A stretch of DNA of 64,000 nt from a candidate division FCPU426 bacterium (GCA_963796105.1 CAWCKJ010000004.1:1440001-1504000), one strand, 5' to 3'. Shown: positions 1 to 11,142, numbered from the stretch's first letter. Made by a program: numbers and translations. Notes: a model not told the origin generated them from the sequence alone.

Positions 1-2
1 CG

Positions 3-1571
3 CCGACGGCAACTCCGACTCGGACATCAACGGCTACTTCTACTAATACTGCCACCTCCACTCCAACTTCGACTTCAACAGCTTCGATGACGCCTACGGC
101 ATCCCTCACCGCTACCACGACGGTCACGAACACGATGACCGTTTCGGCTACGCCAACTCCAACCCAAACAAGAACGAATACACCGACTAATACTTCCACA
201 AACACCCCGAGCCCGACCAGCACATCCACGAGCACAGTCACCTATACAAGGACCAACACACCCACTAATACCGCGACTTCGACGAACACCAATACACCGA
301 CAGTGACTCCTTCCGCCACCAGTACCAACACCGGAACGCAATCACCCACCAACACGCCGACGATTACCACCACCTATACGAACACCCCCACGCGCACCCC
401 GACGCCCACGCCGACGAATACCTCAACATTTTCCCCGACGCCGACAATGACCAACACACCCACCAACACGCCAACCGGCACGGCAACCAAGACCCCTACT
501 CCTACCGCTACCAACACAGCTACCCCGACGCACACTTCTACAAATACGATGTCCTCAACACCCACCAACACATTCACGTATACCGCCACGAATACCAAGA
601 CCAACACACCCACCAATACCGGGACCCCGACGAACACGAACACGCCGACGGTGACGCCTACCGCCACCAATACCAACACCGGAACCCAGTCGCCCACGAA
701 CACGCCGACAGTCACACCCACCTATACGAACACTCCTACATGCACTTCGACGCCCACACCAACGAATACCTCAACAGCTACACCGACCCCGACTGCCACC
801 AACACCTCCACTAACACTCCGACTTTCACTTTCACGAATACGCCTTCTTCCACCCCCACAGCGACATTTACTTCAACGAACACTCCTACCAATACAAGTA
901 CGAATACACCGACGAATACGCTGACTCCGACTGTGACCTTTACTCCGACCAATACTAATACTGGAACCCAGTCGCCCACGAACACGTCGACGGTGACTTT
1001 GACCTACACCCATACTCCGACAAACACGTCCACTCCGACGATGACGAATACGCTGACGCCCACTAACACCTTTACCAGCACCAAGACCAATACACCCACG
1101 AATACAGCCACCCCCACGCCGACCTCAACAAGAACATGGACCAATACCCCGACTGCAACAGCCACCGGGACCCCCACGGCTACCTTCACGGCGACGTTCA
1201 CCTACACGAAGACGCCGTCTTCCACACCGACTTTCACCGCCTCGTACACTCCGACCTCCACCTTGACGGGGACTTCGATCCCAGTTGGCAAGAATAGTGT
1301 GGTTATCTATCCGAACCCGGTTAATGGAACGGAACCAGTGACGATCCAGATCACCCTGAATAAAAGCGAGCCGTTGGTTCGAATCGAGATATTCACATTG
1401 TCCTTCAGGAAGGTGAATGAGATTGACCGCACCCAAGTGCCTGCTGGGGTGACGGATGTTCCGATCCCCCTGACGGACAAGGCGGGGAAGCCCCTTTCCA
1501 ACGGGATCTACTACGTGGTAGTCCAGACGTCCCAGGGCCGCCTCGTCGCCAAATTGCTGGTATTGAGATAA
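3..1571 (+). CDS. 5'-partial secreted Thr/Pro-rich repeat protein with C-terminal T9SS-sorting-like/FlgD-Ig-like domain
   Basis: Frame open from the window edge; long TNTPT repeats; C-terminus VIYPNP...IFTLSFRKV...[10 protein letters not shown]...KLLVLR. Confidence 0.8.
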   Translation, partial: PTATPTRTSTATSTNTATSTPTSTSTASMTPTASLTATTTVTNTMTVSATPTPTQTRTNTPTNTSTNTPSPTSTSTSTVTYTRTNTPTNTATSTNTNTPTVTPSATSTNTGTQSPTNTPTITTTYTNTPTRTPTPTPTNTSTFSPTPTMTNTPTNTPTGTATKTPTPTATNTATPTHTSTNTMSSTPTNTFTYTATNTKTNTPTNTGTPTNTNTPTVTPTATNTNTGTQSPTNTPTVTPTYTNTPTCTSTPTPTNTSTATPTPTATNTSTNTPTFTFTNTPSSTPTATFTSTNTPTNTSTNTPTNTLTPTVTFTPTNTNTGTQSPTNTSTVTLTYTHTPTNTSTPTMTNTLTPTNTFTSTKTNTPTNTATPTPTSTRTWTNTPTATATGTPTATFTATFTYTKTPSSTPTFTASYTPTSTLTGTSIPVGKNSVVIYPNPVNGTEPVTIQITLNKSEPLVRIEIFTLSFRKVNEIDRTQVPAGVTDVPIPLTDKAGKPLSNGIYYVVVQTSQGRLVAKLLVLR

Positions 1572-1708
1572 TCCGCTTTTTATTCATGCTTTCTTGTCGG
1601 GATTTTCCTCCGTAAACTCCTTCATTTGCTGATATAAATCATCCAATTTAGCGTGTTCAAGCGGTATTCTTTGATCGTCCGGAAAGGGGAGCGGACGGAG
1701 GCAAAAGA

Positions 1709-2095
1709 GTGATTCTTTATCAATACGCTCCCCGGGCGCTTTTTAACGATGTTCTTCATGGGAAAAATCCAGTCTCGTTTGAATATTGGAATCCCTCCGA
1801 TAAAACTCCCCCGCAAGGGTGGTACTTCACGGATATTTCCCCGAGACAATGCAATGTGTTGAATCTCGCTTTTTGTTGGCGAAATGTTTACGCTTTTACT
1901 AAAAATGACTGCTACCTCATGTTTGATGTTCCTGAGCAACTTTTAGAAGGCTGTGGTGAACATCTTCACCACGTCAGTTCATGGGATCAAAGAATAAGGC
2001 TTATGGAGAGCGGAGAAACCCCCAAATGCACACGTGGACCCTGCCTCATGTGCGAAAACATTCCAAAAGTAAAAAAGCTTCTTCGTTTGGGATAA
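1709..2095 (+). CDS. Small HYD1-type ADP-ribosyltransferase-like protein, possibly degenerate
   Basis: LYQY...GWYFTDISP...YLMFDV resembles Tox-ART-HYD1 (HYT...GxYFTD...YxxxD); C-terminal Cys cluster. Confidence 0.5.
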   Translation: MILYQYAPRALFNDVLHGKNPVSFEYWNPSDKTPPQGWYFTDISPRQCNVLNLAFCWRNVYAFTKNDCYLMFDVPEQLLEGCGEHLHHVSSWDQRIRLMESGETPKCTRGPCLMCENIPKVKKLLRLG

Positions 2096-2402
2096 GACAA
2101 ACATTGTGGTTCATGCCGTGTACCCAATAGACGAATGAATCGGTTGGCCCCGCGACAAATACGGAAAGTCTAAAAACCTATTAAGTTTAGTTTTTCCGGT
2201 TTTTAGGTTCCAGCCGTGTTTTGCGGGTGATTTTTGTTAGCGGTTGATTTAGTCCGAGAGCTTAAATCGGTGGAAAATTCCCTTAAATTTCCGTTTTAAT
2301 TAAGTGATTTCCTATGTTGTTTGAAAAGCCGTGGGAGTTCTGTTGTGGTAAGCTATGGTGCCTGTTCGTGAATTATATCTTTTGAGAGAGGGAGCAACAG
2401 TC

Positions 2403-3263
2403 ATGAAAAAAGCGTTCATGTTTTCCCCTTTGTGTTTTTTAACCGCACTCGTATGGGGCGCATTGACCCCGGTCCAAATCCGGGAAGTTACCCAGGAGTG
2501 GGTCAGTCAGCACAACACCAAACTCACTTTAAAGGTTGAGGATTTCAAACTTGGGTTCAAGGCCTTCCATCAAGGAATGGCCCTTTCTTCTCATGGAAAA
2601 CCATCATTTCCAATGAGCAGGATTTCAACTAGGGGAGCGGAGAGCCTGGGGATACCCACCGAAAAGGATTTTTCTAACGGCGCCTCGGTTAACTTGACAG
2701 CTCTTTATAGAGTAAGCGCGGGCGGGGCTTCTTTCCTCATCGCTGATTACACGGATGAGTACGACGATGTGCGTTCTTCTTCGGATATCTATTTGAAGAT
2801 AGGGCTTGAGTATCATTTGCTCTTTCAAGGAAAAGGTTTCCGCGCTTGCGCCAGGATCATAGGCTTGGGGAAAGATTCCCCGGTTTTCCTAGAGGTGGAC
2901 GAATACGGCGGGGGCAGCCAGTGCGTGAGGACTTTGTATCGCTTGAAAACCGACGCTGTAAAAAACATGGACCAGGATATTTATGACCATGTCATGGATT
3001 TGGATCCGAACAATTACGTCGAGCAAGCCTTGCAGCTCAATGTCTTGCTGGAGGGATTCACGCTTTATAAGGATATGGATCATGACGGTTCCCTGGAAAT
3101 TCTCAATGGCACCCGGGCGGATTATCCGGGAGAATTGAAAATGAAGCTTAAATCCACCTACGGTTTGACCGACAATGACTTGGGAACTCTGTCCCTTAAA
3201 ACCATTTCGGCGTACAAATGGGATGGTTCCAAATTCATCGATCTCGGGGATTATTTTTTGTAA
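2403..3263 (+). CDS. Hypothetical exported protein
   Basis: GGGAG RBS, MKK signal-peptide-like start, DMDHDGSLEI Ca-binding-like loop, YKWDG end. Confidence 0.65.
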   Translation: MKKAFMFSPLCFLTALVWGALTPVQIREVTQEWVSQHNTKLTLKVEDFKLGFKAFHQGMALSSHGKPSFPMSRISTRGAESLGIPTEKDFSNGASVNLTALYRVSAGGASFLIADYTDEYDDVRSSSDIYLKIGLEYHLLFQGKGFRACARIIGLGKDSPVFLEVDEYGGGSQCVRTLYRLKTDAVKNMDQDIYDHVMDLDPNNYVEQALQLNVLLEGFTLYKDMDHDGSLEILNGTRADYPGELKMKLKSTYGLTDNDLGTLSLKTISAYKWDGSKFIDLGDYFL

Positions 3264-3305
3264 GACATAGTTTCCTATTTCTTTTGATGTTTCCCGGGTA
3301 AAAGA

Positions 3306-4766
3306 ATGATAAAAGATCCCGGAATTGGCTTTTGCGCGCAAATGTCAGGAATGTTCCCGTGTGGCTCCTGCCGCATTGTCATAGGAATTTTAGCCGCTAT
3401 CTTCTTTTCTCCCCCATTCCTTTATGGTTATCAAATCCTTTTTTATTACAACGGAGCGGATCAACCCGGTTCCGCCGTCTTGAAATGCGCGGATCTTCTC
3501 CGGGAAAATGGGAATCAAGTGACGGTCATCAACGTCAACGGAATAAACAGGGACCCATCGCGGGATAACTGGGGCCCCCCTTACGACCAGGTCTGGGACA
3601 TGAGGTTTGTGGAGAGGGACAGGCCCGGTTGCGGTTACGGATCCCCGGTGGAAGCCGATTATTTTGATAAAAGATGGCGAACCAAGGCCGAGGATTACTT
3701 GGGCCGTTGCGGGCGTCTCTTTATCGCGGGGGAGCATTACCAATTGGCCGACCGCGATGAGGGTTTATACCAGTTCCTGAAGGAAATCCAAGCCGTTAAA
3801 AGGGGTTATAACGCCTGTCCGCCTTCTCCCAGCGGCAACAGCTCAACAGACCGGGAGGCTTTTTACCCTGTCGAAAGCGGTTTTGGGGCTGTTTCTTTTT
3901 TCGGCGCTTACGTGGGGGGCATTCCGCTGGATTTGCTGAATGGGAAGAGCTTTGTGAGCACCAAGACCGGATGGCAGGATTACGATGGGGTGGTCCGGTC
4001 CATTGTATCGGCTTGGGAAGGGGACCAGTTAAACGGGGCGGTCCATTCGGCTCTTTGTGCCAGGGGAAAACTACTCATGGTCTGGGATGCTTCCATGTGG
4101 ACCGTGGATGAACTGCAAACATCGGAGGGGAAGAAAGGGGAAAAGATCCCGATTTGGGATCAGTCGTCCTGGTTTTCCTTGGGCGGTAAAAAGAAGGAAA
4201 GAAAAAGCCTGGACGTTAAAAAAGCCAAGAAATTCACCGGCCAATTTTTCACAGCGGTTTCGAATTGGCTGGGTTACTATGAATGTCCATGCCTATCCCG
4301 CCAAGCAGTGGCAGTCTCGGTAAAAACCGCGGGTCAGACGAATATTCCATTGGCCTTAAATCTTGAATCTGCCAGCAAGTTGAAACCTGAACACTCAGAA
4401 GGGACCTCGTCCCAGACGTCGACGCCGTCCTCTATTTCTCAATCCGGCAAGCCGCTATTCAAAAAACCAGCCGGTTCTCCTCTTGCCCCCCAAACCATCG
4501 TATTCAAGGCACCGCCTGTCAACATTTACATGAGGTTCAAGGATGGACCGGGCGAATATAAACTGGATATCCTCGATTCCCATGGAAACCATGTACGCAC
4601 TTTATTCGACCAAGTCGTTAAAGATTCGACGGAGTCTTGGGCGAGTTGGAATGGGCTTGATGAGGAAGGGCAACTTTTGCGGGAAGGGAATTACACCGCG
4701 GTCTTCACCAAGAGTGGAATTCCATTAAGGGAAATTACCCTTGAATGGTTGTTGCCAAGCCGCTAG
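3306..4766 (+). CDS. Hypothetical exported protein with C-terminal FlgD-like Ig domain
   Basis: 486-aa ORF; C-terminal ILDSHGNHVRTL...WNGLDEEGQ...GNY; start codon uncertain. Confidence 0.65.
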   Translation: MIKDPGIGFCAQMSGMFPCGSCRIVIGILAAIFFSPPFLYGYQILFYYNGADQPGSAVLKCADLLRENGNQVTVINVNGINRDPSRDNWGPPYDQVWDMRFVERDRPGCGYGSPVEADYFDKRWRTKAEDYLGRCGRLFIAGEHYQLADRDEGLYQFLKEIQAVKRGYNACPPSPSGNSSTDREAFYPVESGFGAVSFFGAYVGGIPLDLLNGKSFVSTKTGWQDYDGVVRSIVSAWEGDQLNGAVHSALCARGKLLMVWDASMWTVDELQTSEGKKGEKIPIWDQSSWFSLGGKKKERKSLDVKKAKKFTGQFFTAVSNWLGYYECPCLSRQAVAVSVKTAGQTNIPLALNLESASKLKPEHSEGTSSQTSTPSSISQSGKPLFKKPAGSPLAPQTIVFKAPPVNIYMRFKDGPGEYKLDILDSHGNHVRTLFDQVVKDSTESWASWNGLDEEGQLLREGNYTAVFTKSGIPLREITLEWLLPSR

Positions 4767-4968
4767 CGGGTTGGCGGAAATGGGAGAAGATGCGGAAGAA
4801 GGAAATACCTGGAAAGTTAGTATTTTTTATCATTTATGGCCGTTTTACCTATAGAAATCAAATATCCACTAGTATCGTCTTTGAATAACTTTCATCTTAT
4901 AATAAAAACCGTTTCTTTTCCCGGATACGATCCGGCTGTAACCAGATCGATTCCTAAAAGGCGAAATC

Positions 4969-6033
4969 ATGGCTACATTCTCATCCGTAAAAAAACGCGC
5001 TTCCTCCTTTAAGGTCACTCTTTTTTTCTTCCTGTTTCTCATCATGTGGTCCGTTCTGGCAGGACGGCTGGTTTGGTTTCGAACCCGTGATTTGAAGATT
5101 TCCCTGATCGTCTTCGGTGTTTCCGCGGCGGTTCTTGGAATCGGATGGTTTTTACTTCAATGGCAGTCCAGGGTGACCTGGTTATGCCGCCTCCAGTTGA
5201 TATTGCACAAGGCCGGGGCCCTTCCCAGCGACTACCGTTTCACCGACGACGCCCTGCCTTGGAATGTGAACGCGAAAACCCAGGATGTGGTCAATATCGC
5301 GGAGCAGGTCGTGCAGGAAAACATCAAAAGCCTGGCCGCTAACCGGCACGCGCTGGATAAGTATTTGGGTTCCCAGGCCTCCCGCCATGCCATTCAAGGG
5401 GCAGGTACGGGGTTCGGGGGCCAGATGCAGATGGTATTCATCCTGTTTTCCGATATCCGGGGTTTCACCCAAATGACCGAGCAGTTGACATCACAGGAAA
5501 CCATGAGGGTTTTGAACCAGGTTTTTTCAGCCTTGGCGACGGTGGTGGAGCACCAAGGCGGGGAGATCAATAAATTCATCGGGGATGCCATCCTGGTTTA
5601 TTTTCACAGGACTCCGGAAAACGAGCGGAAGGAAGCTGAGAAAGTGGTCCGGGCGGCCTTGGAAATGCATGAAAAATTCAGGGTCGTCACGAGTAACAAC
5701 ACCGATTTGAAGGCCAGGAATGTCAGTATAGGCCTTGGAATCGGCATCGTGGCGGGGCAGGCCATCATGGGCAATCTCGGTTCGCGCAATCGAATGGAAT
5801 TCACATTGATAGGGAATTCCGTCAACCTGGCTTCCCGCCTTTGCGGAATCGCCCCCCAGGATGAGATCCTCATCAATGAGGAACTGGCCATGCTGGTGAA
5901 CGACAAATTCCATATTGAATCAAGGCTCCCGGTGCAATTGAAAGGGAAAAAGGAAAAGACCACCCCTTATTGCGTCATGGGGGATTTGAGCAACCGCGAT
6001 GACATTCGAATGGCCACGGAATATCAAATTTAA
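4969..6033 (+). CDS. Membrane-anchored class III adenylate/guanylate cyclase
   Basis: Two TM helices; FSDIRGFT, KFIGDAIL, IGNSVNLASRL motifs. Confidence 0.9.
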   Translation: MATFSSVKKRASSFKVTLFFFLFLIMWSVLAGRLVWFRTRDLKISLIVFGVSAAVLGIGWFLLQWQSRVTWLCRLQLILHKAGALPSDYRFTDDALPWNVNAKTQDVVNIAEQVVQENIKSLAANRHALDKYLGSQASRHAIQGAGTGFGGQMQMVFILFSDIRGFTQMTEQLTSQETMRVLNQVFSALATVVEHQGGEINKFIGDAILVYFHRTPENERKEAEKVVRAALEMHEKFRVVTSNNTDLKARNVSIGLGIGIVAGQAIMGNLGSRNRMEFTLIGNSVNLASRLCGIAPQDEILINEELAMLVNDKFHIESRLPVQLKGKKEKTTPYCVMGDLSNRDDIRMATEYQI

Positions 6034-6179
6034 CCGAGTCATCGGCAATGAATTTGGAAACGCTTTAAATACTCGACCCCATTGATTTCCAACTCCAACC
6101 GCTAATACCATCATTCCTAAGCAAGTGGTTAAAAACCTAACCCGGGCATGGGTTTCCGGAATTAATTAAGGGGTCCTCT

Positions 6180-6671
6180 ATGACAGTCTATGATTTCAAG
6201 GCCAAGACAATCGAGGGAAAAGAGCTGTCCCTGAATGACTTAAGGGGGAAGGTACTCCTGATCGTGAATGTTGCCAGCCGCTGCGGTTTTACCCCCCAGT
6301 ATGAGGGTCTGGAAAAACTTCATAAGAAATATATAGACCGCGGGTTCGCGGTGCTTGGGTTTCCCTGCAACCAATTCGGCTCCCAGGAGCCGGGTAGCGA
6401 GGAGGAGATCAAGAGTTTCTGCGACCTCAATTACGGGGTTACTTTCCCCCTTTTCACCAAGATCGACGTGAACGGGGATAAGGCCCATCCCCTATATAAA
6501 TACCTGGTCAATTCCCAGCCGGGAATCCTCGGGACCACTTCCATCAAGTGGAATTTCACGAAATTCCTGATCGACCGGCACGGGGATCCCGTGAAACGTT
6601 TCGGTTCCGCTGACAAGCCTGAGTCCCTAGAAAAGGAAATAGAGGTTTTGTTAAGCCAGGACGACTTATAG
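6180..6671 (+). CDS. Glutathione peroxidase (Cys type)
   Basis: VNVASRCGFTPQY, GFPCNQFG, KWNFTKFL motifs. Confidence 0.95.
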   Translation: MTVYDFKAKTIEGKELSLNDLRGKVLLIVNVASRCGFTPQYEGLEKLHKKYIDRGFAVLGFPCNQFGSQEPGSEEEIKSFCDLNYGVTFPLFTKIDVNGDKAHPLYKYLVNSQPGILGTTSIKWNFTKFLIDRHGDPVKRFGSADKPESLEKEIEVLLSQDDL

Positions 6672-6729
6672 GGTGAAGCAAGCCAGCCAAATCATGGCCG
6701 GGTTTTCCCGATATGGGTGCCCCGTATTA

Positions 6730-7269
6730 TTAGGGAAATTGGTGGCGGATGACCTTGCTTTGGAATGATTCCTTTCCCGCCCCTACGTATAATTCCCCCT
6801 CTGAGCGGGTGATTTCCCAATGGTTGTCCCTCTCTAATACTGCCCCTAAGGCGTTCAGGAATTTTGAATCCAGCGAGTACAGTTCGATCTCCTCCAAACG
6901 ATGGACCTTTTCATCCATGAACTGCCGTGCCAGCATTTGCGCGTCTTTGTGGGTGTAGATTTTTACCTCTTGGGAGGATTTCATGGCTTTGTGGATTCTT
7001 TTGGCCGCAGGATTTCCTATGTCAATCCAAAGGTCCAAGTTCCCGGTCAGACCCGTCACCCGAAGGGCGGGTTCTTCGGGGGAACTGATACCGGGGGAGA
7101 ATTCCAGGCCATTCCGGTATTCAAGCGCGTATGCCAATATCCGAGTGATAAAGAAAGGGATGGATTCGGAAGGGTGCATAGCCGCCCTGAATTCCAGGAT
7201 TTGGTAAAGATTGCGGTCCACGTCAGAGAGGCCGATTGTAAAACGGTAAAGGGTAGAAGTTAAGCCCAC
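6730..7269 (-). CDS. yaeQ: YaeQ family protein
   Basis: LSDVDRNLY, AMHPSES, LWIDIGNP motifs. Confidence 0.9.
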   Translation of the reverse strand: MGLTSTLYRFTIGLSDVDRNLYQILEFRAAMHPSESIPFFITRILAYALEYRNGLEFSPGISSPEEPALRVTGLTGNLDLWIDIGNPAAKRIHKAMKSSQEVKIYTHKDAQMLARQFMDEKVHRLEEIELYSLDSKFLNALGAVLERDNHWEITRSEGELYVGAGKESFQSKVIRHQFP

Positions 7270-7573
7270 TTTAGTTTCCTTTCATATTTGTCTGGGATAA
7301 GATACCAATTTGGATGGAAAAGGCGGAGAACTATTGGTTCAATAGTTCGCGGTAAAAAAAGTCATTCTTAAAAACTAATTTGGATTAATGGAAATATTCC
7401 GCTGAGGGAATAGTCCAAATAATAATGAATTAGAAATGATTGGAAAACAGTTGAAAAAAGTCCCGCAAAGCAGCCTGCGACCCCAAAGACACCGCAAGAA
7501 TCGCGGGGTTTCCGCAAATGTTGTCGACTGAATATTCCGTTTCGGGAACTTTTTAAGCGCACTTTTAGGATTT

Positions 7574-9505
7574 TCACCCAACGATAATCAAATCGGCCGA
7601 AACGGGAAGACGACTGGCCAAGTTCTTCAACATGCGGCCTCTGACCATTCGCCAGAAAAAAGTGCGTTTGGAACTGCCGACAAAAACATGGGCCACGCCA
7701 AGGGTTTTTGAGGCCTCGGCAATTGAAAAGCCGGCGTCCTCTGCCATACGCCAGATGGGGATGCCGTTCATTTGGTGCTTGTGAAGTTCCGCGCAGGATT
7801 CAACCAGAACCTTAATGGCATCCGCGGAGGGTTTCACTTCCTGGGGTAGGAAGAGTCCCGGCATTTCATCAACGAATACTAAATAAATGTTCTTGCGGTT
7901 CAAACCTCGCGCGTGAACTGCGGCTTCCAACAACAACTTGGAATTTACTTGGCGCAATGCAACCAATATCGGCGATGATTCAATAGAACTGGCTTCTTTC
8001 GCTTCCTCCAAGGTTAAAATATTGTTGGCTTCCGGCAGGTCGGCAACTTCAGATTCGGCTTTGGCGAAGACTTCCACGGCTTTGCGGGCTGCACCCACAC
8101 GATGCCAGACGCCTGCCAGCACGATTACCGTCGCAAGGGTACCGCCGAACAACAACGCATGAGGTTTATGAACCATGTTGATGAACCAAGCGGCCAAGAG
8201 GGCAAGGGTAGTGAATACCCCTGACCAGAACTTGAATCCCCGGGTTCCATCCCGCCACCGAAGGCGGTCGATGGCAATGGAGGACAAGGAAAGAGTGCCC
8301 AGAAGGCCGAAATTATATAGGTCGCCCAGGGCGTCCACGTTGGCGCGGGTGAGAATAATGATAAGCATGGGAACCGCCGCCGAGGCGATGATTGAAAAAT
8401 AGGGGGTTCCCAGCACGGGGTGGCGCTTGCGCAGGAAGGAAGGTAGAAAACCCAGGTCTGACAAGCGAACATTGACATGATAATTTCCCACGATGGCGGT
8501 ATTACAGGCCATGAAGAGAAGGGCCGAAGCGGCTATTACTACCGCGATGCTCAGCAAATGGCCCCCCACGGCGAAACCCAATGCGGACAAAAGGGAATCA
8601 GACTGGTTGTCCTTCACTTGGGCGGGCAGAATATAAAGGGCCACAGCCGTCATGGGGGAAGTGATGAGGGCGATAGTGCCAATAACCCACCACATCGCTT
8701 TACCTGAGGTTTTTTTGACTGGGGTTTTCATGTTACCCGATATCTGCGCCACCGATTCCAACCCCGAATAAGCCAGCCATGTGGTCGCATATCCTATGGC
8801 TAGGGAACTGAAGGACAATTGGACCCCTGGATGGGTAATGCTGTTGAGAAGCCCTCCCCAACTGAGGCCGGGCCTAGTGGCGATGAAAAAGAATGCAGAT
8901 CCCAAAAGTAGGAAAGTAACTACGATTTCCACCGAAGCGAAAGAAGATGTGACCGAGGCTGATTCCTTAATGCCGACTAAGTTGATCAAAAGAAGGACCA
9001 GGAATAAGATAAGGGATGCAGTGATAACTAGGTCCTTGGTACCGGGCACGATGCTTGAAAGGTAATAAAGACCTGAGACCCCGGAGATGGCTGAAGTGAG
9101 GAAGTAATCAACTGTGATGAATGAGCCCCCGACCAACGGTAGAAACTCGAAGGCGGAGAAAGCCTCCCGGGTGATTGAGACAACGCCGCCGCCATCAGGG
9201 CAACGTTCGCAGATTTCGACGTATTTAAGGGCGATTGAAATAAAAACACCAGTGGTGATGAACTGGGCCAGTGTGGCAAGGTTGCCGATGGAACCATAGA
9301 GGATGCCCGGGGTGTAGAAAACCGAGGTGCCGATATCGGCGTAGACCACCGCAAAAACCAGCGCCCATCCTAATTGTTGGACTTTGACTGTAGGCGGTTT
9401 GGAAAGGGAAATCGGAATAGCCTCCAGCGGACGGGGCTCCACGTGGGTTTCGCCTAAATTCTCAATCATCTTTTGATTAGGCTCGCCATTTATTATAGGG
9501 CACAT
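7574..9505 (-). CDS. APC-superfamily permease with C-terminal USP-like domain
   Basis: About 12 hydrophobic segments, VYADIGTSVFY, AYSGLES; C-terminal VFVGSSKR...LIIVG USP-like. Confidence 0.8.
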   Translation of the reverse strand: MCPIINGEPNQKMIENLGETHVEPRPLEAIPISLSKPPTVKVQQLGWALVFAVVYADIGTSVFYTPGILYGSIGNLATLAQFITTGVFISIALKYVEICERCPDGGGVVSITREAFSAFEFLPLVGGSFITVDYFLTSAISGVSGLYYLSSIVPGTKDLVITASLILFLVLLLINLVGIKESASVTSSFASVEIVVTFLLLGSAFFFIATRPGLSWGGLLNSITHPGVQLSFSSLAIGYATTWLAYSGLESVAQISGNMKTPVKKTSGKAMWWVIGTIALITSPMTAVALYILPAQVKDNQSDSLLSALGFAVGGHLLSIAVVIAASALLFMACNTAIVGNYHVNVRLSDLGFLPSFLRKRHPVLGTPYFSIIASAAVPMLIIILTRANVDALGDLYNFGLLGTLSLSSIAIDRLRWRDGTRGFKFWSGVFTTLALLAAWFINMVHKPHALLFGGTLATVIVLAGVWHRVGAARKAVEVFAKAESEVADLPEANNILTLEEAKEASSIESSPILVALRQVNSKLLLEAAVHARGLNRKNIYLVFVDEMPGLFLPQEVKPSADAIKVLVESCAELHKHQMNGIPIWRMAEDAGFSIAEASKTLGVAHVFVGSSKRTFFWRMVRGRMLKNLASRLPVSADLIIVG

Positions 9506-9621
9506 TATCTGATTCCGCGCGAAAGTTTTTTGCCCATCCGTGAACCCTTTAATCGAAACTAGGAATAAGTCGCGTAATTACCAGAACTCCGTCTTGTTAA
9601 ACTTTAAAATCCAAAAGGAGT

Positions 9622-9657
9622 CAAAATAAAGCCCCCCGTAGAATCTACGGGGGGCTT
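9622..9657 (-). terminator. Intrinsic terminator of glnA
   Basis: AAGCCCCCCGTAG-AAT-CTACGGGGGGCTT hairpin followed by a T-run on the minus strand. Confidence 0.75.
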
Positions 9658-9672
9658 GGTCGTCACCCGATA

Positions 9673-11088
9673 TTAGATATCGTGGTAAAGAACGAACTCG
9701 TAAGGATGAGGGCGCAAGCGGATCGGATCGATTTCCTTGGTCTTCTTGAAATTGACCCATTCCTCGATCAGGTCATCGGTGAAGACCCCGCCCTTCAACA
9801 GGTACTCGTGATCTTCCTCCAGCGCCTCCAACGCCTCCGGCAGGGAGCCCGGGACGTTCTTGACCTTCTTCAACTCACGCGGCTCTAGATCGTACAGATT
9901 GACATCCATCGGCTTGCCCGGGTCGATCTTGTTCTGGATTCCATCCAAGCCAGCCAGCAACATGGCCGGGAAGGCTAAGTATGGGTTGCAGGATGGATCC
10001 GGCGGCCGGAACTCGACGCGCTTGGCTTTCGGGCTCTTGGAGTAGAGCGGGATACGGCATGCGGCCGAGCGGTTTCTCTGGCTGTAAACCAGGTTGACCG
10101 GCGCCTCGAAACCCGGGGTCAAACGCTTGTAGCTGTTGACCGTCGGGCAGATGAAAGCGCAAAGCGAGGCGGCGTGCTTCAGAAGGCCGCCGATGTAGTA
10201 AAGGCCGGCCTGTGAGAAACCGGCGTAGCCTTTCTCGTCGTACATGACGTTGGTGTTTCCCTTCCAGATGGACTGATGAACGTGCATGCCAGAGCCGTTG
10301 TCCCCAAAGAGGGGCTTCGGCATGAAAGTAGCCACCATGTTATGGCGGCGCGCCACGTTTTTGATCACGTACTTGTACTTCAGGAGCTTGTCGGCCATGC
10401 TCACCATACTGTCGAACACGATGTCGATCTCGGCTTGTCCGGCCGTGGCCACCTCATGGTGGTGCTTCTCGATCGGCACACCGATCTCCTGCATAAGGGT
10501 GGTCATCTCGGAACGGATATCCTGCTGGCTGTCGTTTGGCGGAACCGGGAAGTACCCTTCCTTATTGCGGATCTTGTAAGCAAGGTTGGGATACTCGTCG
10601 CGGCCCATATTCCATAAGCCCTCGGTGGAATCCACCGAATAGTAACCGGCGTTCATGGTCTGGTCGAACTTCATGTCGTTGAACACGAAGAACTCAGCTT
10701 CAGGCCCCCAATAGGATAGATCTGCGATGCCGGTGGTCTGCAGGTATTTTTCCGCTTTTTGTGTGACATACCGCGGGTCGCGGGAGTAGGACTGCCGAGT
10801 GACGGGGTCCACCACGTTACAGATCAAGACGAGGGTGGTAGCCTCAAAGAATGGATCGATGAAGGCCGTGTTGGGGTCCGGTATCAGGAGCATGTCGGAC
10901 TCGTGGATGGCCTGGTATCCGCGAATGGAGGAGCCGTCAAAACCGCTACCGTCCTTGAATACATCCTCATCGAAAAACTTCACGGGCTGGGTCCAATGCT
11001 GCCAGACGCCGGGAAGGTCGATGAAACGTAAATCTACGTATTTCACGTCCTTCTGCTTGATTAAATCCATTACTTCCTTCGGGGTCAT
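9673..11088 (-). CDS. glnA: Glutamine synthetase type I
   Basis: FDGSSI, HHEVATAGQ, FMPKP..GDNGSGMHVH, RVEFR; adenylylation-site motif NLYDL present. Confidence 0.98.
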   Translation of the reverse strand: MTPKEVMDLIKQKDVKYVDLRFIDLPGVWQHWTQPVKFFDEDVFKDGSGFDGSSIRGYQAIHESDMLLIPDPNTAFIDPFFEATTLVLICNVVDPVTRQSYSRDPRYVTQKAEKYLQTTGIADLSYWGPEAEFFVFNDMKFDQTMNAGYYSVDSTEGLWNMGRDEYPNLAYKIRNKEGYFPVPPNDSQQDIRSEMTTLMQEIGVPIEKHHHEVATAGQAEIDIVFDSMVSMADKLLKYKYVIKNVARRHNMVATFMPKPLFGDNGSGMHVHQSIWKGNTNVMYDEKGYAGFSQAGLYYIGGLLKHAASLCAFICPTVNSYKRLTPGFEAPVNLVYSQRNRSAACRIPLYSKSPKAKRVEFRPPDPSCNPYLAFPAMLLAGLDGIQNKIDPGKPMDVNLYDLEPRELKKVKNVPGSLPEALEALEEDHEYLLKGGVFTDDLIEEWVNFKKTKEIDPIRLRPHPYEFVLYHDI

Positions 11089-11142
11089 GATTTTCCTCCT
11101 TGATTAAGGTTGAATTTATTTTATGTAAATAATGTTGTGGTA

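Noticed and set aside
1..1270. Non-coding tandem repeat, and the Val/Gly-rich minus-strand ORFs
   Set aside because: The periodicity is explained by Thr/Pro codons of the plus-strand CDS; the reverse ORFs are shadows.
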